From NCBI GenBank assembly GCA_965153355.1, contig OZ231126.1, forward strand, positions 5,146,001 to 5,210,000: a stretch of 64,000 nucleotides of DNA, given 5' to 3'. The translations under genes and the position numbers were made by a program. Positions 13,580 to 27,760 of the stretch are shown in pieces (the stretch's first letter is position 1; the number at the start of each line of letters is the position of its first letter). Below the pieces are notes generated by a model. It did not search any database. It was not told the origin of the DNA and saw only the letters and a program-made list of their open reading frames with translations. This DNA is from Flaccisagitta enflata (taxonomy: Eukaryota).

Positions 13580-13822
13580 CTCCACCCTCTCTTTCACCCT
13601 CTCCTCTTCTTGCCACCACCTTACACCCTCCTTCACCCTCTCTTCTTACACCCTCTTTCACCCTCTCCTCTTCTTGCCACCACCTTACACCCTCCCTCAC
13701 CCTCTCTTCTTACACCCTCTTTCACCCTCTCCTCTTCTTGCCACCACCTTACACCCTCCCTCACCCTCTCTTCTTACACCCTCTTTCACCCTCTCCTCTT
13801 CTTGCCACCACCTTACACCCTC
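13580..13822. repeat. ~64-65-bp pyrimidine-rich minisatellite, about 4 copies
   Basis: TGCCACCACCTTACACCCTC at about 13611, 13675, 13740 and 13804. Confidence 0.9.
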
Positions 13823-14008
13823 CGTTCCCTCCGTTCTAATTTTCATCATCGTAATCTTTCTTCTTGTCCAAAATTAGTCAATTATTATTAAAGTCAAAGG
13901 TAAACAAGAAAGATGGTTTGTAGAGCGAGACTCATTGGCAACTTACGTATGTGTCCAAATTAGATCGGAGACATTCATGAAGACTATCGAGATTCACCAA
14001 TGTACGTA

Positions 14009-14182
14009 CAGTTGAACCCCGCAAGAACGGACTGACAAATTTTACCATTTAGTAGTGGATTTTTTTATGACCAATTCAGGATTGAAAGGAAATAGTAACT
14101 AAGGGATTACAATTTCCTGCTATATTGGCTATACCACCTATATGCCCGTTTAGCTTGGGTCTGTCATAGTGGGGTGTAACTG
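14009..14182. mobile_element. TA-flanked Tc1/pogo-type MITE (relatives at 51448-51632 and 51919-52091)
   Basis: TA-CAGTTGAACCCCGC ... GTGGGGTGTAACTG-TA; internal GGACTGACAAATTT shared with the 51919 copy. Confidence 0.6.
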
Positions 14183-14305
14183 TATGTATCAAACTACTAA
14201 CAAGATCGTTCTAGATGTCTAGAAACACCGTTGAGGAAATTCGCGAGACATCTCTGGGACGAGCTAGTCACTGAATCACGAACTTTGCGCTGGAAATGAG
14301 GCCAG

Positions 14306-15015
14306 TAAGGCCCCATTCCACTGAAGCACGACTTCGTGCTTCAGTCAAATTGAAATTCGTGCTTTAGTGGAATGACTCTTGACCTCTTTTTATATTGCAA
14401 TAAAACAAAAAGTCAATCCAGTTTTTCTTTAATTGGTCACTACAAGTCATTTCAGTGCAATTAAAAACTTTTTTACTTCTCTTATTCAAATAAAGATAGG
14501 TTTTTCTTTTTGTCATAAATTATTATCTTTGGAAATTTTTCTCAATTTTTCTTTCTTTTTTTTTAAGTTTTTCTTATCACATGGATATATGTCTTTATGA
14601 AAGGAAATGAGAGATAAAAAGAAAGGAGATGATTTCTTCAGATAAAAGTAAATGAAGATTACTTTAACTATCTTTCATTAGGCACGAAGACCATTTTTTT
14701 TCTCAAACCCGACTAGTCAGCTAAATATTGACTTATATATCATTTTCTACTTGGATGTATCAAGAGAAAAAAATATCTACTGGGCCAGTGAGATTGTAGC
14801 AACTTTGACACACGTTGAAAGATTTTACGATTTAATGAATTTAAAACTTTTTTATTTTGCTTGGTGAATCTCTTGAAGATTTTTTTAAATATCTTACCTT
14901 TCTGTGAACTGTAATCAGTTATTTCCAATTCCACTGAAGCTCGAATTGCAAAGAGTACCTGTTAGTCTTCATTCCACTGAAGCACGACGTCGTGCTTCAG
15001 TGAAAATGACTTTAA
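14306..15015. mobile_element. Harbinger-like MITE with hairpin-containing termini
   Basis: CATTCCACTGAAGCACGAC(T/G)TCGTGCTTCAGT at both ends; TAA at both flanks. Confidence 0.5.
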
Positions 15016-15301
15016 CTTAAGCACAACTTTCGTGATTAAATGGTTGCCTGCTCTGGGACATTTTATGGCCATAATGACACATTATGGGATCACCTTCGAA
15101 GGACTTCGCAAGACATCTCTGGGACATGTTTTATAAACTTACCAGGTTTGTCGGTGTCTTCGGAATACGAATTGGCCGAAGCCGTGGAACGAATTTTGTT
15201 TTTCATAGAGACGAATTTTGTTTTCTCTGTTTTCAGATGTTTTTTATCCAAAATCGTAAATGAGCGGGAGTTCAAATTCTTATTTTCGTTAAATGAAAGA
15301 C

Positions 15302-15447
15302 TTTTTAGTCGCGGACACGCGACTCTATAAGCCACTTTTCGGTCCGTCGGTCCGTCGGTCCGTCGGTCCGTCACAACTAAGTCTTTTGGGGTTTTCCGCT
15401 CCTGCCCACCCGTCCGCGACTAATGCTGCCGTGTATACGGCCTTGTT
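15302..15447 (+). mobile_element. HINE-like copy
   Basis: TTTTTAGTCGCGGACACGCGACTCTATA ... GCCGTGTATACGGCCTTGTT. Confidence 0.65.
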
Positions 15448-15827
15448 ATTCCAACATTTGTTTCATAGATCTTTGTGTTACGAATTTATTGATTATGTCG
15501 AGTAAGACTAGACTTTAACGGTTTCCTTTCATGATGTGAATATTGTGGATGCCATTCGTGTATCAAAACTGTATCATTTGAATTATCTCACACATTTCTA
15601 TTTTCAATCCGCCATGTAGTTTGATGCCCTTGATTGACAGGTCCGTCTACTTTTTTTTATTTTTTTTGTCAGTTCAGTCATTCACTTCAGGAAGTAAAGA
15701 TCTTTTTTCCATTGAGTTCTAGCATCTCTGGAATTACGTTTATGCGAAAATTTTCATGATTCAACTCGTTGAGACTTTTGTTTTTTTGGTTTTCGCCGTC
15801 ATCTTTTGTTAGTTTTTTGTTCAGTTT

Positions 15828-15957
<130 letters not shown>

Positions 15958-16118
15958 AATTATTCAAAAAATGATCATACTTGGTTACTCTGGTTTTAGA
16001 TAAGAATTTCTGATAAGTGAGTGACAAAGATAGAAGAAAGAAGTGACGATTCACAAAACCACAGAAAATCATGGAATGACAGAGGCTGGCATATATTGAA
16101 CAAGGCTCATTAATTGAA

Positions 16119-16319
16119 AACAAGGCCGGATACACGGCACCCTAGTTGCGGGAAGGTGGGCAGGGTCAGTAGAGCAAAATTCCGTTCACGTTTTGAAAAA
16201 GTTACCGACTGACAAACTGACCGATAGACCGACCGACCAATTGACCAACAAACCAACGGATGGAAGGACCGACGGACCAAAGAGAACGGCAAGTTCTAGA
16301 GTTGCGTGTCCTCTAAAAA
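16119..16319 (-). mobile_element. HINE-like copy
   Basis: AACAAGGCCGGATACACGGC start and AGAGTTGCGTGTCC end. Confidence 0.6.
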
Positions 16320-16437
16320 CCAAAGGACGGAGGGACACACGGACCGACCGACGGGGTAACACGCATTTAAAAGGTCTCTCTCTGCAATTGTAACAATGTA
16401 ACATGCTAGAGGTGACGATCAATGCAATGACAGTTGC

Positions 16438-17400
<963 letters not shown>

Positions 17401-17711
17401 CTGACGGACAGAGTGATATAAATCAGGTGAGGTGGGGAAAGAGGAGGAGGAGGAAGAGGAGCGAAGGGTGGGGGAGGAGGAAGGGGAATGATGGGAGGGG
17501 GAAGTAGCCAGCCTGGAAGTAGCTCTTTTTTTTCTTCACGGAACGAGGACAGGCGCAGGAAGCTCAAGTCAAAGGGAAAGAGGAGGAAGAAGAAGAGGAG
17601 GAAGGAGAAGGAGAAGAAGAGGAGGGGGAGGAGGAGAGGGAGGGAGGAGGAGGAAACTCGAGTCAACGCCCAGATGAAAAACCTTCAGGTGTGAGGAGAC
17701 CAAAAAAGAAC

Positions 17712-18395
17712 TACCTCTCCACTGAGGGATAGTTCTTTACAAACTGTTACATTTCCACTGAGGGATGCTTTTGCATGAATTGCTACTACTCCACTGAGGG
17801 ATGCTTTTGCACAAATTGCTACGACTCCACTGAGGGATAAAACCTTACAAACTGTAACTTTTCCATTGAGGGATGCTTTTGCATAGATTGTCGTTATACA
17901 AGTGAGGGATGCTTTTACACAAATTGTCAGCACTTCCTCAATTGACTGGATGGTTTTTCGCAGACTGCTACTATTCCACTAAGGGATATTTTTGCACAAA
18001 TTGTTACTTTTCCACTGAGGGATGCTATTGCACATATTGCTACTACTCCACTGAGGGATGCTTTTGCACAAATTGTTAGCACTTCATTGGTAGATGGTTT
18101 TGTACAAATTGCTACTCCTCCACTGAGGAATGTTATTGAACAAGTTGCTACTAGTCCATGGACGGATAATTCCTTACAAAATGTACGTTTTCACTGAGGG
18201 ATGCTTTTACACAAATTGTTAGCACTTGATCGATGGATGGTTTTATACACTGCTACATCTCCACTGAGGGATAGTTCCATACAAACTGTACCTCTCCACT
18301 GAGGGATGCTTTTGCACAAATTGTCAACACTTTATCGTGGATGGTTTTGCACAAATTGCTACTACACCACTGAGGGATGCTTTCACACAAATTTG
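17712..18395. repeat. Degenerate ~36-bp minisatellite
   Basis: CCACTGAGGGATGCTTTTGCACAAATTG recurs at ~36-bp spacing (17719, 17755, 17791, 17827...). Confidence 0.85.
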
Positions 18396-18582
18396 CACTC
18401 TGCGGTCATTGGGGGTAAGGTTTTGTGCAAAGTGTTGCCTATCTACTGAGAATGATTTTGGTCAAATTCTTATTGTTAGCAATCCGACGGAAGGATGATT
18501 TTAGCGCAAACTTTTGTGCAAACTGCCATTACTGCGCGAGAGACTAAGATTTATTTCAATGGAAATTGCACCCCTCATATCT

Positions 18583-18762
18583 AACAAAGCCGGATACACG
18601 GCAATCCAGTCGCGGACGGTTGGGCAGGAGCAGTAATGCGAAAACCGCTCGGAATTCAAAAATGTGACGGACGGACGGACGGATGGACAGACGGACGGAC
18701 CGACCGACCTACCGACCGACCGACCGACACGGCAAGGTGTAGAGTCGCGTGTCCGTGACTAA
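18583..18762 (-). mobile_element. HINE-like copy
   Basis: AACAAAGCCGGATACACGGC ... AGAGTCGCGTGTCCGTGACTAA. Confidence 0.65.
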
Positions 18763-18782
18763 TAATATGGCTCTGCAAAAAG

Positions 18783-19397
18783 CACTGCTTTCTGACAGAA
18801 GATTTGTGACAAGAATTATATCACTCCGGGTTTTTCTGCATTTTTGTGTAGGTCATAGGCATACAAATCAAGAACTATCCAGTGGAAAATCATTCCTAGA
18901 GCGCATTTTCAAAAAAAAAAAATTATAATTTCTAGCTTCATTATACATGAATAATTTTGCAGGTTGGTCTGACTAATTTTTTGACAGCATCTTGTCAATC
19001 CTGATCTAATTCCCTTTCATTTGTTAGGTCGCACCATATGGATTTAAAAAGAAAAAACATTTTCATTTTTTAAGCCACCGTTACAAAAATTGCAGCGGTG
19101 GCCTAGAATATGAAATTTTGATTTTTCATCAAAACCATATAGTGCGACCTATCAAATGAAAGGGAATTTTATCAGGATTAACAATATGCTGTTAAAAAAA
19201 GAGTCAGACCAAATTGAAAAATTCTTTGTGCAAAATGAAGCTGAAAATTATAAATTTTTGACTTTATTTCAAAATGCGCTCTAAGGATGATTTTCCACTG
19301 GATAGTTCTTGATTTGTATGCCTGTGGCCTACACAATAGTGCAGAGAAACCTGGAGTGATATCATTCTTGTCACAAATCTTCTGTCAGAAAGCAGTG
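18783..19397. mobile_element. 615-bp fold-back element with CACTG termini
   Basis: CACTGCTTTCTGACAGAAGATTTGTGACAAGAAT ... ATTCTTGTCACAAATCTTCTGTCAGAAAGCAGTG; ~300-bp arms; no clear TSD. Confidence 0.85.
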
Positions 19398-19727
19398 AAA
19401 GAGTATCTGTCCGAATGTCCATCTGTCTGTGCGTCCGTCCGTATGTCAGTCCGTTACGCATCTACAAGATATGCCGTTTTGGCGCTTAAATCGAAAGCTG
19501 TAAAATAAGTAGCTGATTGGTGAGCTTTTCAATCGCGTACACGCAACTCAATAACCCGGTCAATCCATCTGTCGGTCGGTCCATCTGTCGGTTGGTCCAT
19601 CTGTCGGTCCATCTGTCGGTTGGTCCATCTGTCGGTTGGTCCCTCGGATAGCCCGTCAGCAGTAATTTCTCTCTGTTGCTGCAGTAGTCACAGGGACAGT
19701 ATAATAACAGGTAACTATAACGGAAGA

Positions 19728-19741
19728 AACAACGACAACAG

Positions 19742-19822
<81 letters not shown>

Positions 19823-19872
19823 CCACAACAACGACAACGACAACGACAAAAACAACAACCACAACCACAACC

Positions 19873-19938
<66 letters not shown>

Positions 19939-19940
19939 GC

Positions 19941-20005
<65 letters not shown>
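19728..20005. repeat. (CAA)n microsatellite
   Basis: Direct reading. Confidence 0.95.
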
Positions 20006-20006
<1 letters not shown>

Positions 20007-20214
20007 AAGCCTCGAAGCGAGTCATGAACTGGAACTTCGTACAAACAATGTAAGGTGACAAATCCCGTAGGCAGGGAGATCTCAAATGTGGAAAATCTTT
20101 GATGCAGAAATTTCTATTAAAATTATTCGGAAGTAACATCAACCTGTGGGGAAGGCTTCGGGACTCCACAGGTGAGACTGAGGATAAACACGTACAAACT
20201 TGGTAAGAAAGGAT

Positions 20215-21086
20215 GGAGGAGGAGAGGGAGGAGGAGGAGGAGAAGGAGAAGGAGATGGAGGAGAAGAAGAAGAGGAAGAAAGAAGAAAGAAGAAGAAGAA
20301 GAAGAAGAAGAAGAAGAAGAAGAAGAAGAAGAAGAAGAAGAAGAAGATGAAGAAGAAGAAGAAAAAGAAGAAGAAGAAGAAGAAGAAGAAGAAGAAGAAG
20401 AAGAAGAAGAAGAAGAAGAAGAAGAAGAAGAAGAAGAAGAAGAAGAAGAAGAAGAAGAAGAAGAAGAAGAAGAAGAAGAAGAAGAAGAAGAAGAAGAAGA
20501 AGAAGAAGAAGAAGAAGAAGAAGAAGAAGAAGAAGATGAACAAGAAGAAGAAGAAGAAGAAGAAGAAGAAGAAGAAGAAGAAGAAGAAGAAGAAGAAGAA
20601 GAAGAAGAAGAAGAAGAAGAAGAAGAAGAAGAAGAGGAGGAAGAAGAAGAAGAAGAAGAAGAAGAAGAAGAAGAAGAAGAAGAAGAAGAAGAAGAAGAAG
20701 AAGAAGAAGAAGAAGAAGAAAAAAGACGAAGAAAAGAGGAAGAGACAGAAGAAGAAGAAGAAGAAGAAGAAGAAGAAGAAGAAGAAGAAGAAGAAGAAGA
20801 AGAAGAAGAAGGAGGAGGAGGAGGAGAAGAAGAAGGAGGAAAAGAAGGAGAAGAAGAAGAAGTAGAAGTAGAAGATGAAGTCGAAGAAGAAGATGAAGAA
20901 GAAGAAGAAGAAGAAGAAGAAGAAGAAGAAGAAGAAGAAGGAGAAGAGGAAGAAGGAGAAGGAGAAGAAGAAGAAGAAAAAGAAAAAGAAGAAGAAGAAA
21001 AAGAAAAAGAAAAAGAAGAAGAAAAAGAAAAAGAAAAAGAAAAAGAAGAAGAAGAAGAAGAAGAAGAAGAAGAAGAAGAAGAAAAA

Positions 21087-21127
<41 letters not shown>

Positions 21128-21330
21128 AGAAGAAGAAGAAGAAGAAGAAGAAGAAAAAGAAGAAGAAGAAGAAGAAGAAGGAGAAGAAGAAGAAGAAAAA
21201 GAAGTAAAAGAAGATGAAGAAGAAGGAAAAACAACAAGAGGAAAGAAGGAGAATAAAAAGAAAAAGAAAAAGTAAAAGAAAAAGGAGAAGAAGAAGAAGA
21301 AGAAGATGAAAAAGAAGAAAAAGAAGAGAA
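20215..21330. repeat. ~1.1-kb (GAA)n-dominated polypurine tract
   Basis: Direct reading. Confidence 0.97.
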
Positions 21331-22611
21331 TGAAATAGAACGAGAAAAAGCGGATGAAGAAAAAGTCCAAGCAAAGAAAAAAAAAAGAAAAAGAAATATT
21401 ACTGAAATATGAAAAAGAAGAATAGAAACAAGAGAAAAAACGTAACAAAAAACAAAACTTAGAACAAAAATAAAAACATAAGTGAGGAATAAAAAAAAAG
21501 TGTGAGACAAGGGAAGACCAAAGGGAAGCAAGAATCTTCAGCCCCCACCCTCGAATTTAAACTCAAAAGGGGCAGAATATAAAATCGAGGGACTTTTAAA
21601 AAAAGGGGAAACCAAAATCAGGCCGGATGTGGTTTTGATGCTTATAGGGTGTTGGGGTGAGAGACACAAATAGTATTTGTGTCACAAATACAAACAGGAA
21701 CGCAAACACACTTACACACAGAAGTGAAAAGAAGCACACTCACACAGATACAGATGTGATGCCTTACTGACACAGAAACAAAGACAATAAGAGACAAAAA
21801 CAAACAGAAACACAGTCAGACGCAGAAACACACTCACACAGAAACAGACGCAAACACACTTAGACGCAGAAGTAGAAATAAGCACACTCACACAGACAGA
21901 AACACAATCATATGGAAAACAAAACAAGCACACTTACACACGCAAAAAAACAAACAGATACATACACAGAAGCAAAAATAAGCATAAGGACACTCACACT
22001 GACACAGAAACAAACATTGGCAAACGCACAGTACAAAGATTGCGATCATTGCGTACATATCTGTTTTCTTCAAAACAGTATCTATTGATATGTCTGTTAC
22101 TCTGTGCTAAAATGACATTGTATCTTTGCAATGCGTCGTATCGTCCTGTTTCTCATTATAAGCCAAGCGGAGTTATCTCATGGGTCGTCGTCTTCGTCCT
22201 CATTGTTGTTGTTGCGGGTTTTTGTTGTTGCGGTTGTTTTTGTTTTTGTTTTTGTTTTTGTTTTTGTTCAGACATACAGAATATGGGGGAGCGAGGAGCG
22301 CCGCTTCCCGGAAAAGCATTAGGCTTGTCGGAAAATCATGGAATGAGATCAAAAATAAGGAAAAGAAAGGAAAAGAAAAAAGTGAAAAGAAATGTAGGAA
22401 AAAAAGGCGGGAAGAAGGCAAGAAAAAACGAAATAAGGAAAACAAGAATAAACAAAGTATAGAAAGCAAGAAAGGACAGTAGAAAGAAAGCAAAAAAGAA
22501 CAAAAGAGAGAAAGCAACAAGGAAAGAAGGAAAGAAAGAAGGAAAGAAAGAATGACAGAAAAAAAGAATGAATGAAAAGAAGAAAGAATAATAGTCGCAA
22601 AAGCGTTAGAT

Positions 22612-23243
22612 GGTCAGCGGTACCCGTTGCCCCTATGTGAGTGAATGTGGGTGTGAGGTGGTTAGAGGGGCAGCGGCCCCGAAGGGGCCGATGACCTATG
22701 CTGTTTTTATTTTGGCCTCAAGGATGGAATTAGGGCCTGGAGGCTGGAATTGGGGCCTTGAGGCTGGGATTTGAGCTTAGAGGCTGGGATTTTAGCTTCA
22801 AGGCTGGGATTTGAGCTTTGAGGGTGGGATTTGAGCTTTGAGGCTGGGATTTGAGCTTTGAGGCTGGGATTTGAGCTTCGAGGCTGGGATTTGAGCTTCG
22901 AGGCTGGGATTTGAGCTTCGAGGCTGGGATTTGAGCTTCGAGGCTGGGATTTGAGCTTCGAAGCTGGGATTTGAGCTTCAAGGCTGGGATTTGTGCCTTG
23001 AGACTGGGATTTGAGCCTCAGGGCTGGGATTTGAGCCTCAAGGCTGGGATTTGAGCCTGGAGACTGAGATTTGAGCCTCGAGGCTGGGATTTGAGCTTCA
23101 AAGCGGGGATTTGAGCCTCGAAGCTAGGATTTGGGTCTCGAGACTAGGATTTGGGCCTTTAGGGGGGGGGGACGGAGAAGGAGAAGAAGGAGAAGAAGAA
23201 GAAGAAGAAGGAGAAATTTCCCCTATGTGTGAAAGCATAGGTC
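22612..23243. mobile_element. GGGCAGCGGCCCC-terminus element with internal 20-bp minisatellite; right end truncated
   Basis: Left GGGCAGCGGCCCCGAAGGGGCCGATGACCTATGCT; right AGCATAGGTC; (GAGGCTGGGATTTGAGCTTC)n at about 22740-23155. Confidence 0.6.
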
Positions 23244-23326
23244 AAAAGGTCGCCCAAGGGCAATATGTGGTCAGCGATACCCGTTGCCCTGCTTTGAGTG
23301 ATTGTGAATTGGAGTGAGGGGAAGCA

Positions 23327-23852
23327 GGGCAGCGGCCCCGAAGGGGACAAAGTCCTGTAGAACACAGGGGGACTTTCGTTCGTCCTGCCTGAAGAAGTGG
23401 ATAAGCTGCTATAGAGGGCTTACTGAAGGTCTCCAAGAGCCTAAACTGAGGCCTAAGAAGGCTAATATAATGCCTCAGAATGCCAAGTGGAAGCTTTAGA
23501 GGGCTGACTTGAGGCTTGAGAGAGCTGGATTAAGGCTTGAAAGGTCAGAGGACTGATTTGAAGCCTGAGAGCAATAAATTGAGGCTTAGATAGCTGATTT
23601 GAGGCCTGAGAGGCCTAATTTGAGGCCTGAGAGGCCAGGTTTGAGGCCTGAGAAGCCTTATTTGATGCCTAAGAGGCCAGGTTTGAGGCCTAACAGGCTG
23701 GATTTGAGGCCCGAGAGGCAAGATTCGAGGTCTCAGAGGCCAGATTTGAGGCTTGAGGGGCCTAATGAGGGGGGGACGCACGAACACACGAACGGACGAA
23801 CGAAAGTCCCCCTGTGTTCTACAGGACTTCGTCCCCTTCGGGGCCGCTGCCC
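23327..23852. mobile_element. Same family, ~59-bp inverted repeats enclosing a 21-bp minisatellite
   Basis: GGGCAGCGGCCCCGAAGGGGACAAAGTCCTGTAGAACACAGGGGGACTTTCGTTCGTCC and its reverse complement ending at 23852. Confidence 0.75.
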
Positions 23853-25695
23853 AAAAAGGAGAAAGAATGAAAGAAAGAAGTATGATGGGATACATTTTTC
23901 CAACATTTTGATTGCTGTGAGATAGAAAAACAATTGATTAAATAACTAGCCAGTGAGAATGGTTGCTTTAGCGTTGTCATTTTAACAAAATTTTTATGAT
24001 ACGACGCAGAGCAAGAAAAGCCAGGCAGGTTTTATTCACCGCTTTCCAGGCCTTGTTCTGATCGTTTTTTGACTCATATGGCAAATTCGTTGGTGTGGAC
24101 ATACTTCAGATTCATAGTATCTCATATTTCATCCATCAAAAATGAGTGCCGGACCTGAATCATGACGATTATTGTGCCAAATCTAATGATAAAATGGTCG
24201 TTTGAGAAGGAAACTGAGTTCCTAGGCATACTCAATCAATGGAGCTTGATAAACAATTCACCTATACCAATGTCAAAATTATGAAAACGATGGAACTTTT
24301 AGCTAATTTACCATTTTTTTTTCACTACAAAAAAAATTTGGAGGCTTCAGGACAAATGGTATGCTCATAAAGAAAATTTGAAGTGGAGATGTCAGAGTGC
24401 CCATGAAACATCGATGTTAAGTACAATTTTAGTATTTTAAGCTTAAGTAGCTATCAAGCAATCAACGAGTGGGGATTTTTTTATGGAATCAGTATTGTTA
24501 AGTGCCATTTAGCATTTTTGCTCAGTTTTTGTCATAGGGAAGCTTTTCGGGAAAGCTAGATCAACTTTAAAAGGGAGATATTCAGTATTAATTTGGTTTT
24601 CGAAAATACTATTTACACTTTTGAGAATTATAAATCTACAAAAATATCAAAAATCATGCATTTTTGAAAACATAGCGGTCTTGGTATATTTAATGGCTAG
24701 CCCGCTATGTTTTTATTTTTTTCATTTTTCAATTTTCTATGCAAATTTATAATTCTCAGTGAATTAAGTATAACACCCTTTTTGTTCATTTTTTCTGATT
24801 TTTTCCCAGAACAAGCGCAGCTTGCTAAAAAAAGACTTGACATCAAATGAGAAGTTAAATTTACATTTCGGTGAGCAAGGGCAGTAATAAGGCTGGATAC
24901 AGGGCAAATGTCAATTGCCGGTATATGGGCAGGGTCAGCAACTTGCTCGGGCGTGAGGCTGATATGTTCAAATATCAAAAGAACTGCTGAATCTATTGTT
25001 ATAAGAATAAGGCGAAATACATAGCCACCCCTGTTGCGTACGGTTTGGCTGGGGTGGATATTCAAAAAGTGCCCAGGTATGTGGGCAGGGGTAGTGACTC
25101 CAAAAAGCCCAAAAACGCTTAAAAAGTGTAATTTTGTGACTGACAGACAAACTGGATGACCAACTGACTGACAAATTACAATCAATGACAAAATGTGCGC
25201 CTTGCTAAGAAAATGAATGAATGAATGTACTTCTGAATGAACTTATGAATGAACTCATGAATGCGGGCTAGCAGAATGTTCTGTTTCACCTGACACTCAG
25301 CCAATCGCTCATCAAAAAAATTCAAACACAAAAGTGCACTAAAAAGTTTTACTCACCGATGCAATGCAATGCAATGGACCGACTAAGCATTGGCAAACCA
25401 TTCAACTTACTAAATGGGTTAAGAGACACGCGACCTTCCCCATTGGGCAGGGGCAGTAGCGGTATTGGTCATGAAAAGCAAACCGAGTGAGGGAAAACGT
25501 CATCCGCAAATAAGGTAGGATAAACAGATACATCAGTTGTATGCGTGTGGGCAGGGGCAGTGATAGTAAATGCAGTGGGGACTGGGCAGGGGCAGGGGCA
25601 GTGAGTTCAAAAAGCCAACTGAGGGACGGGCCGACGGATTGACAAGTGGGGTGCTAAAGTGGTTTCTACTCTAGTGAAGGCTACGTATTCTTTGT

Positions 25696-25735
<40 letters not shown>

Positions 25736-25896
25736 ACAAGTAAAAGATCGTTTTCAGAACTGTTCATTTGTTTCATGTCTGATGACTTACCAATGTTATT
25801 CAATCTCAAAATCTATTCCTTATTTCTTTCTTTCTTTCTTTTTTATTCTCTCCGTTTCTTTCTTTCTTTCTTTCTTTCTTACTTTCTTTCTTTCTT

Positions 25897-25935
<39 letters not shown>

Positions 25936-26004
25936 TTGTTTCTTTCTTTCTTTTTGTCTTTCATTCTTTCTTTCTTTCTTTCTTTCCTTTTCCTTTCTTT
26001 TCTC

Positions 26005-26036
<32 letters not shown>

Positions 26037-26147
26037 TTCTTACTTTTTCTTACTTTTTCTTACTTTTTCCGTTGCTTTCTTTCCAAGCGTGTTTGTAGAT
26101 ATCAATGAAAAAATTAATGACTGAATGAATGTTTGAATAAATGAGTG

Positions 26148-26282
26148 CAGCGGCGTAGGAGAAGGGACTTCAGGGACTTCAGGGACTTCAATTGAAGTCC
26201 CTGCTGTCAGGAACCAAAGAAGTAGAAAAAAAGGAAGAAAAAAAAGAAAAAGAAGGAAGAAAAAGAAGGAGAGAGAAAAAAA

Positions 26283-26338
<56 letters not shown>

Positions 26339-26544
26339 AAAAAAGTATTTTCTCCTATACCAGGCATGATTAGGCCCCATCCCAATTATGCAAGATATCA
26401 AAGAAAACATGAGTATGGTAGTAATTAGTATTGTTCACAATTTTCAAGAAAAAACTACTTATTGTTGTCTGTTGGGACACCCAATTTGTTGGACACTAGT
26501 TTGGTGGTTGAAGTCCCAAGAAATCCCGCTCCCCTACGCCGCTG
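26148..26544. mobile_element. hAT-type MITE with 8-bp TSD AATGAGTG
   Basis: CAGCGGCGTAGG ... CCTACGCCGCTG, flanked by AATGAGTG at 26140-26147 and 26545-26552. Confidence 0.85.
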
Positions 26545-27307
26545 AATGAGTGAATGAATAAATGATCAGAGGAATGAATGAAATGATGACAAACAGAAAA
26601 GAAAATTGAACATTAATCTGATACCAGACATGTTTGACGTATTTATGGAAAATCATGTCACAATGGAAAAATTAATGAAAGATCAAATTGAATAGTTGAT
26701 TCATGGATGTATGAATAGAAAAATGAAAATAAAATAAATGTATAATGAAAAATTGAATGAATATATGTTACAAAAAAATAAAATAAAAAAATAAAATAAA
26801 TGTATAAATGAAAAATTGAATGATTAAATGTTACAAAAAATATTCTTTCGCTTTTATACAATAGAGAAAAGAAAAAAACTTTTTTTCTCAATTAGAATGA
26901 AAAAAAATTAAGAAAATAAGCAAAAATGAATGAATTTATGAATAATAGTGTGGATGAATTCATACAAAATCAATGAATATTACTTAAATATAATATTGTA
27001 TTCATGCATTAATAAAAATTGATGAAATAGTTTCATATTTTAAAAAGATTTGTTAATTTCCCCCAACAGTCTATATTTTAATAATTAATTAGTTTTTTAG
27101 AAATATTTAGCTAAAAAATCAATATTTTGCATTAATCTTTTTTGCAATGTGATCAGTATACAATGCCTAAAAATAATTAACAGTTGATTTGCTTCAAATC
27201 AACAATTCATTTTTTGACCAATATGACTGGAATCTGACTGGCTGATCATGCTCCGTGTCATACTGTGTCAGCTTTTTCTTTCATTTTTAATGGATACAAC
27301 TAAAATG

Positions 27308-27760
27308 AACAAGGCCGGATACACGGGCCAAGACGGTGCGCCGGGCGTTATTAATTCTAAGACCTATCCATAGCTCGATAACACCAATCCCGAGCTCGAT
27401 AAGACCTATCCCTAGCTCTATCAGACCTATCCTGAGCTCTATCAGGCCTTTCCCGAGCATTATCAGACCTATCCCGAGCTCTATCAGACCTATCCCGAGC
27501 TCTATCAGACCTATCCCGAGCTCTATCAGACCTATCCCCACACCTATCCAAACTATCATCAGACCTATCAGACTTATCCCTAGCTCGATCAGACCTAACT
27601 GTGGCTGATTATTATAGTGGATGAAATGACAAGTACCATCGATGATGAACGAAATGAGTTTTCAATTGATTTCAAACATTTTCAGCTATTTTTCATTTGA
27701 GTAGGACGAACGGAAGGACGGACAGAACATCTTGTAGAGGTGCTATGGCGCATCTTAGAA
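27308..27760 (-). mobile_element. HINE-like element carrying a 21-bp minisatellite (relative at ~10040-10390)
   Basis: AACAAGGCCGGATACACGGGCC; (ATCAGACCTATCCCGAGCTCT)n at about 27360-27597; AGAGGTGCTATGGCGCATCT end. Confidence 0.6.

Noticed and set aside
19768-21531. Long ORFs (587, 441, 411, 367 aa)
   Set aside because: Stop-free readings of (GAA)n/(CAA)n microsatellite; homopolymeric translations in several frames on both strands.
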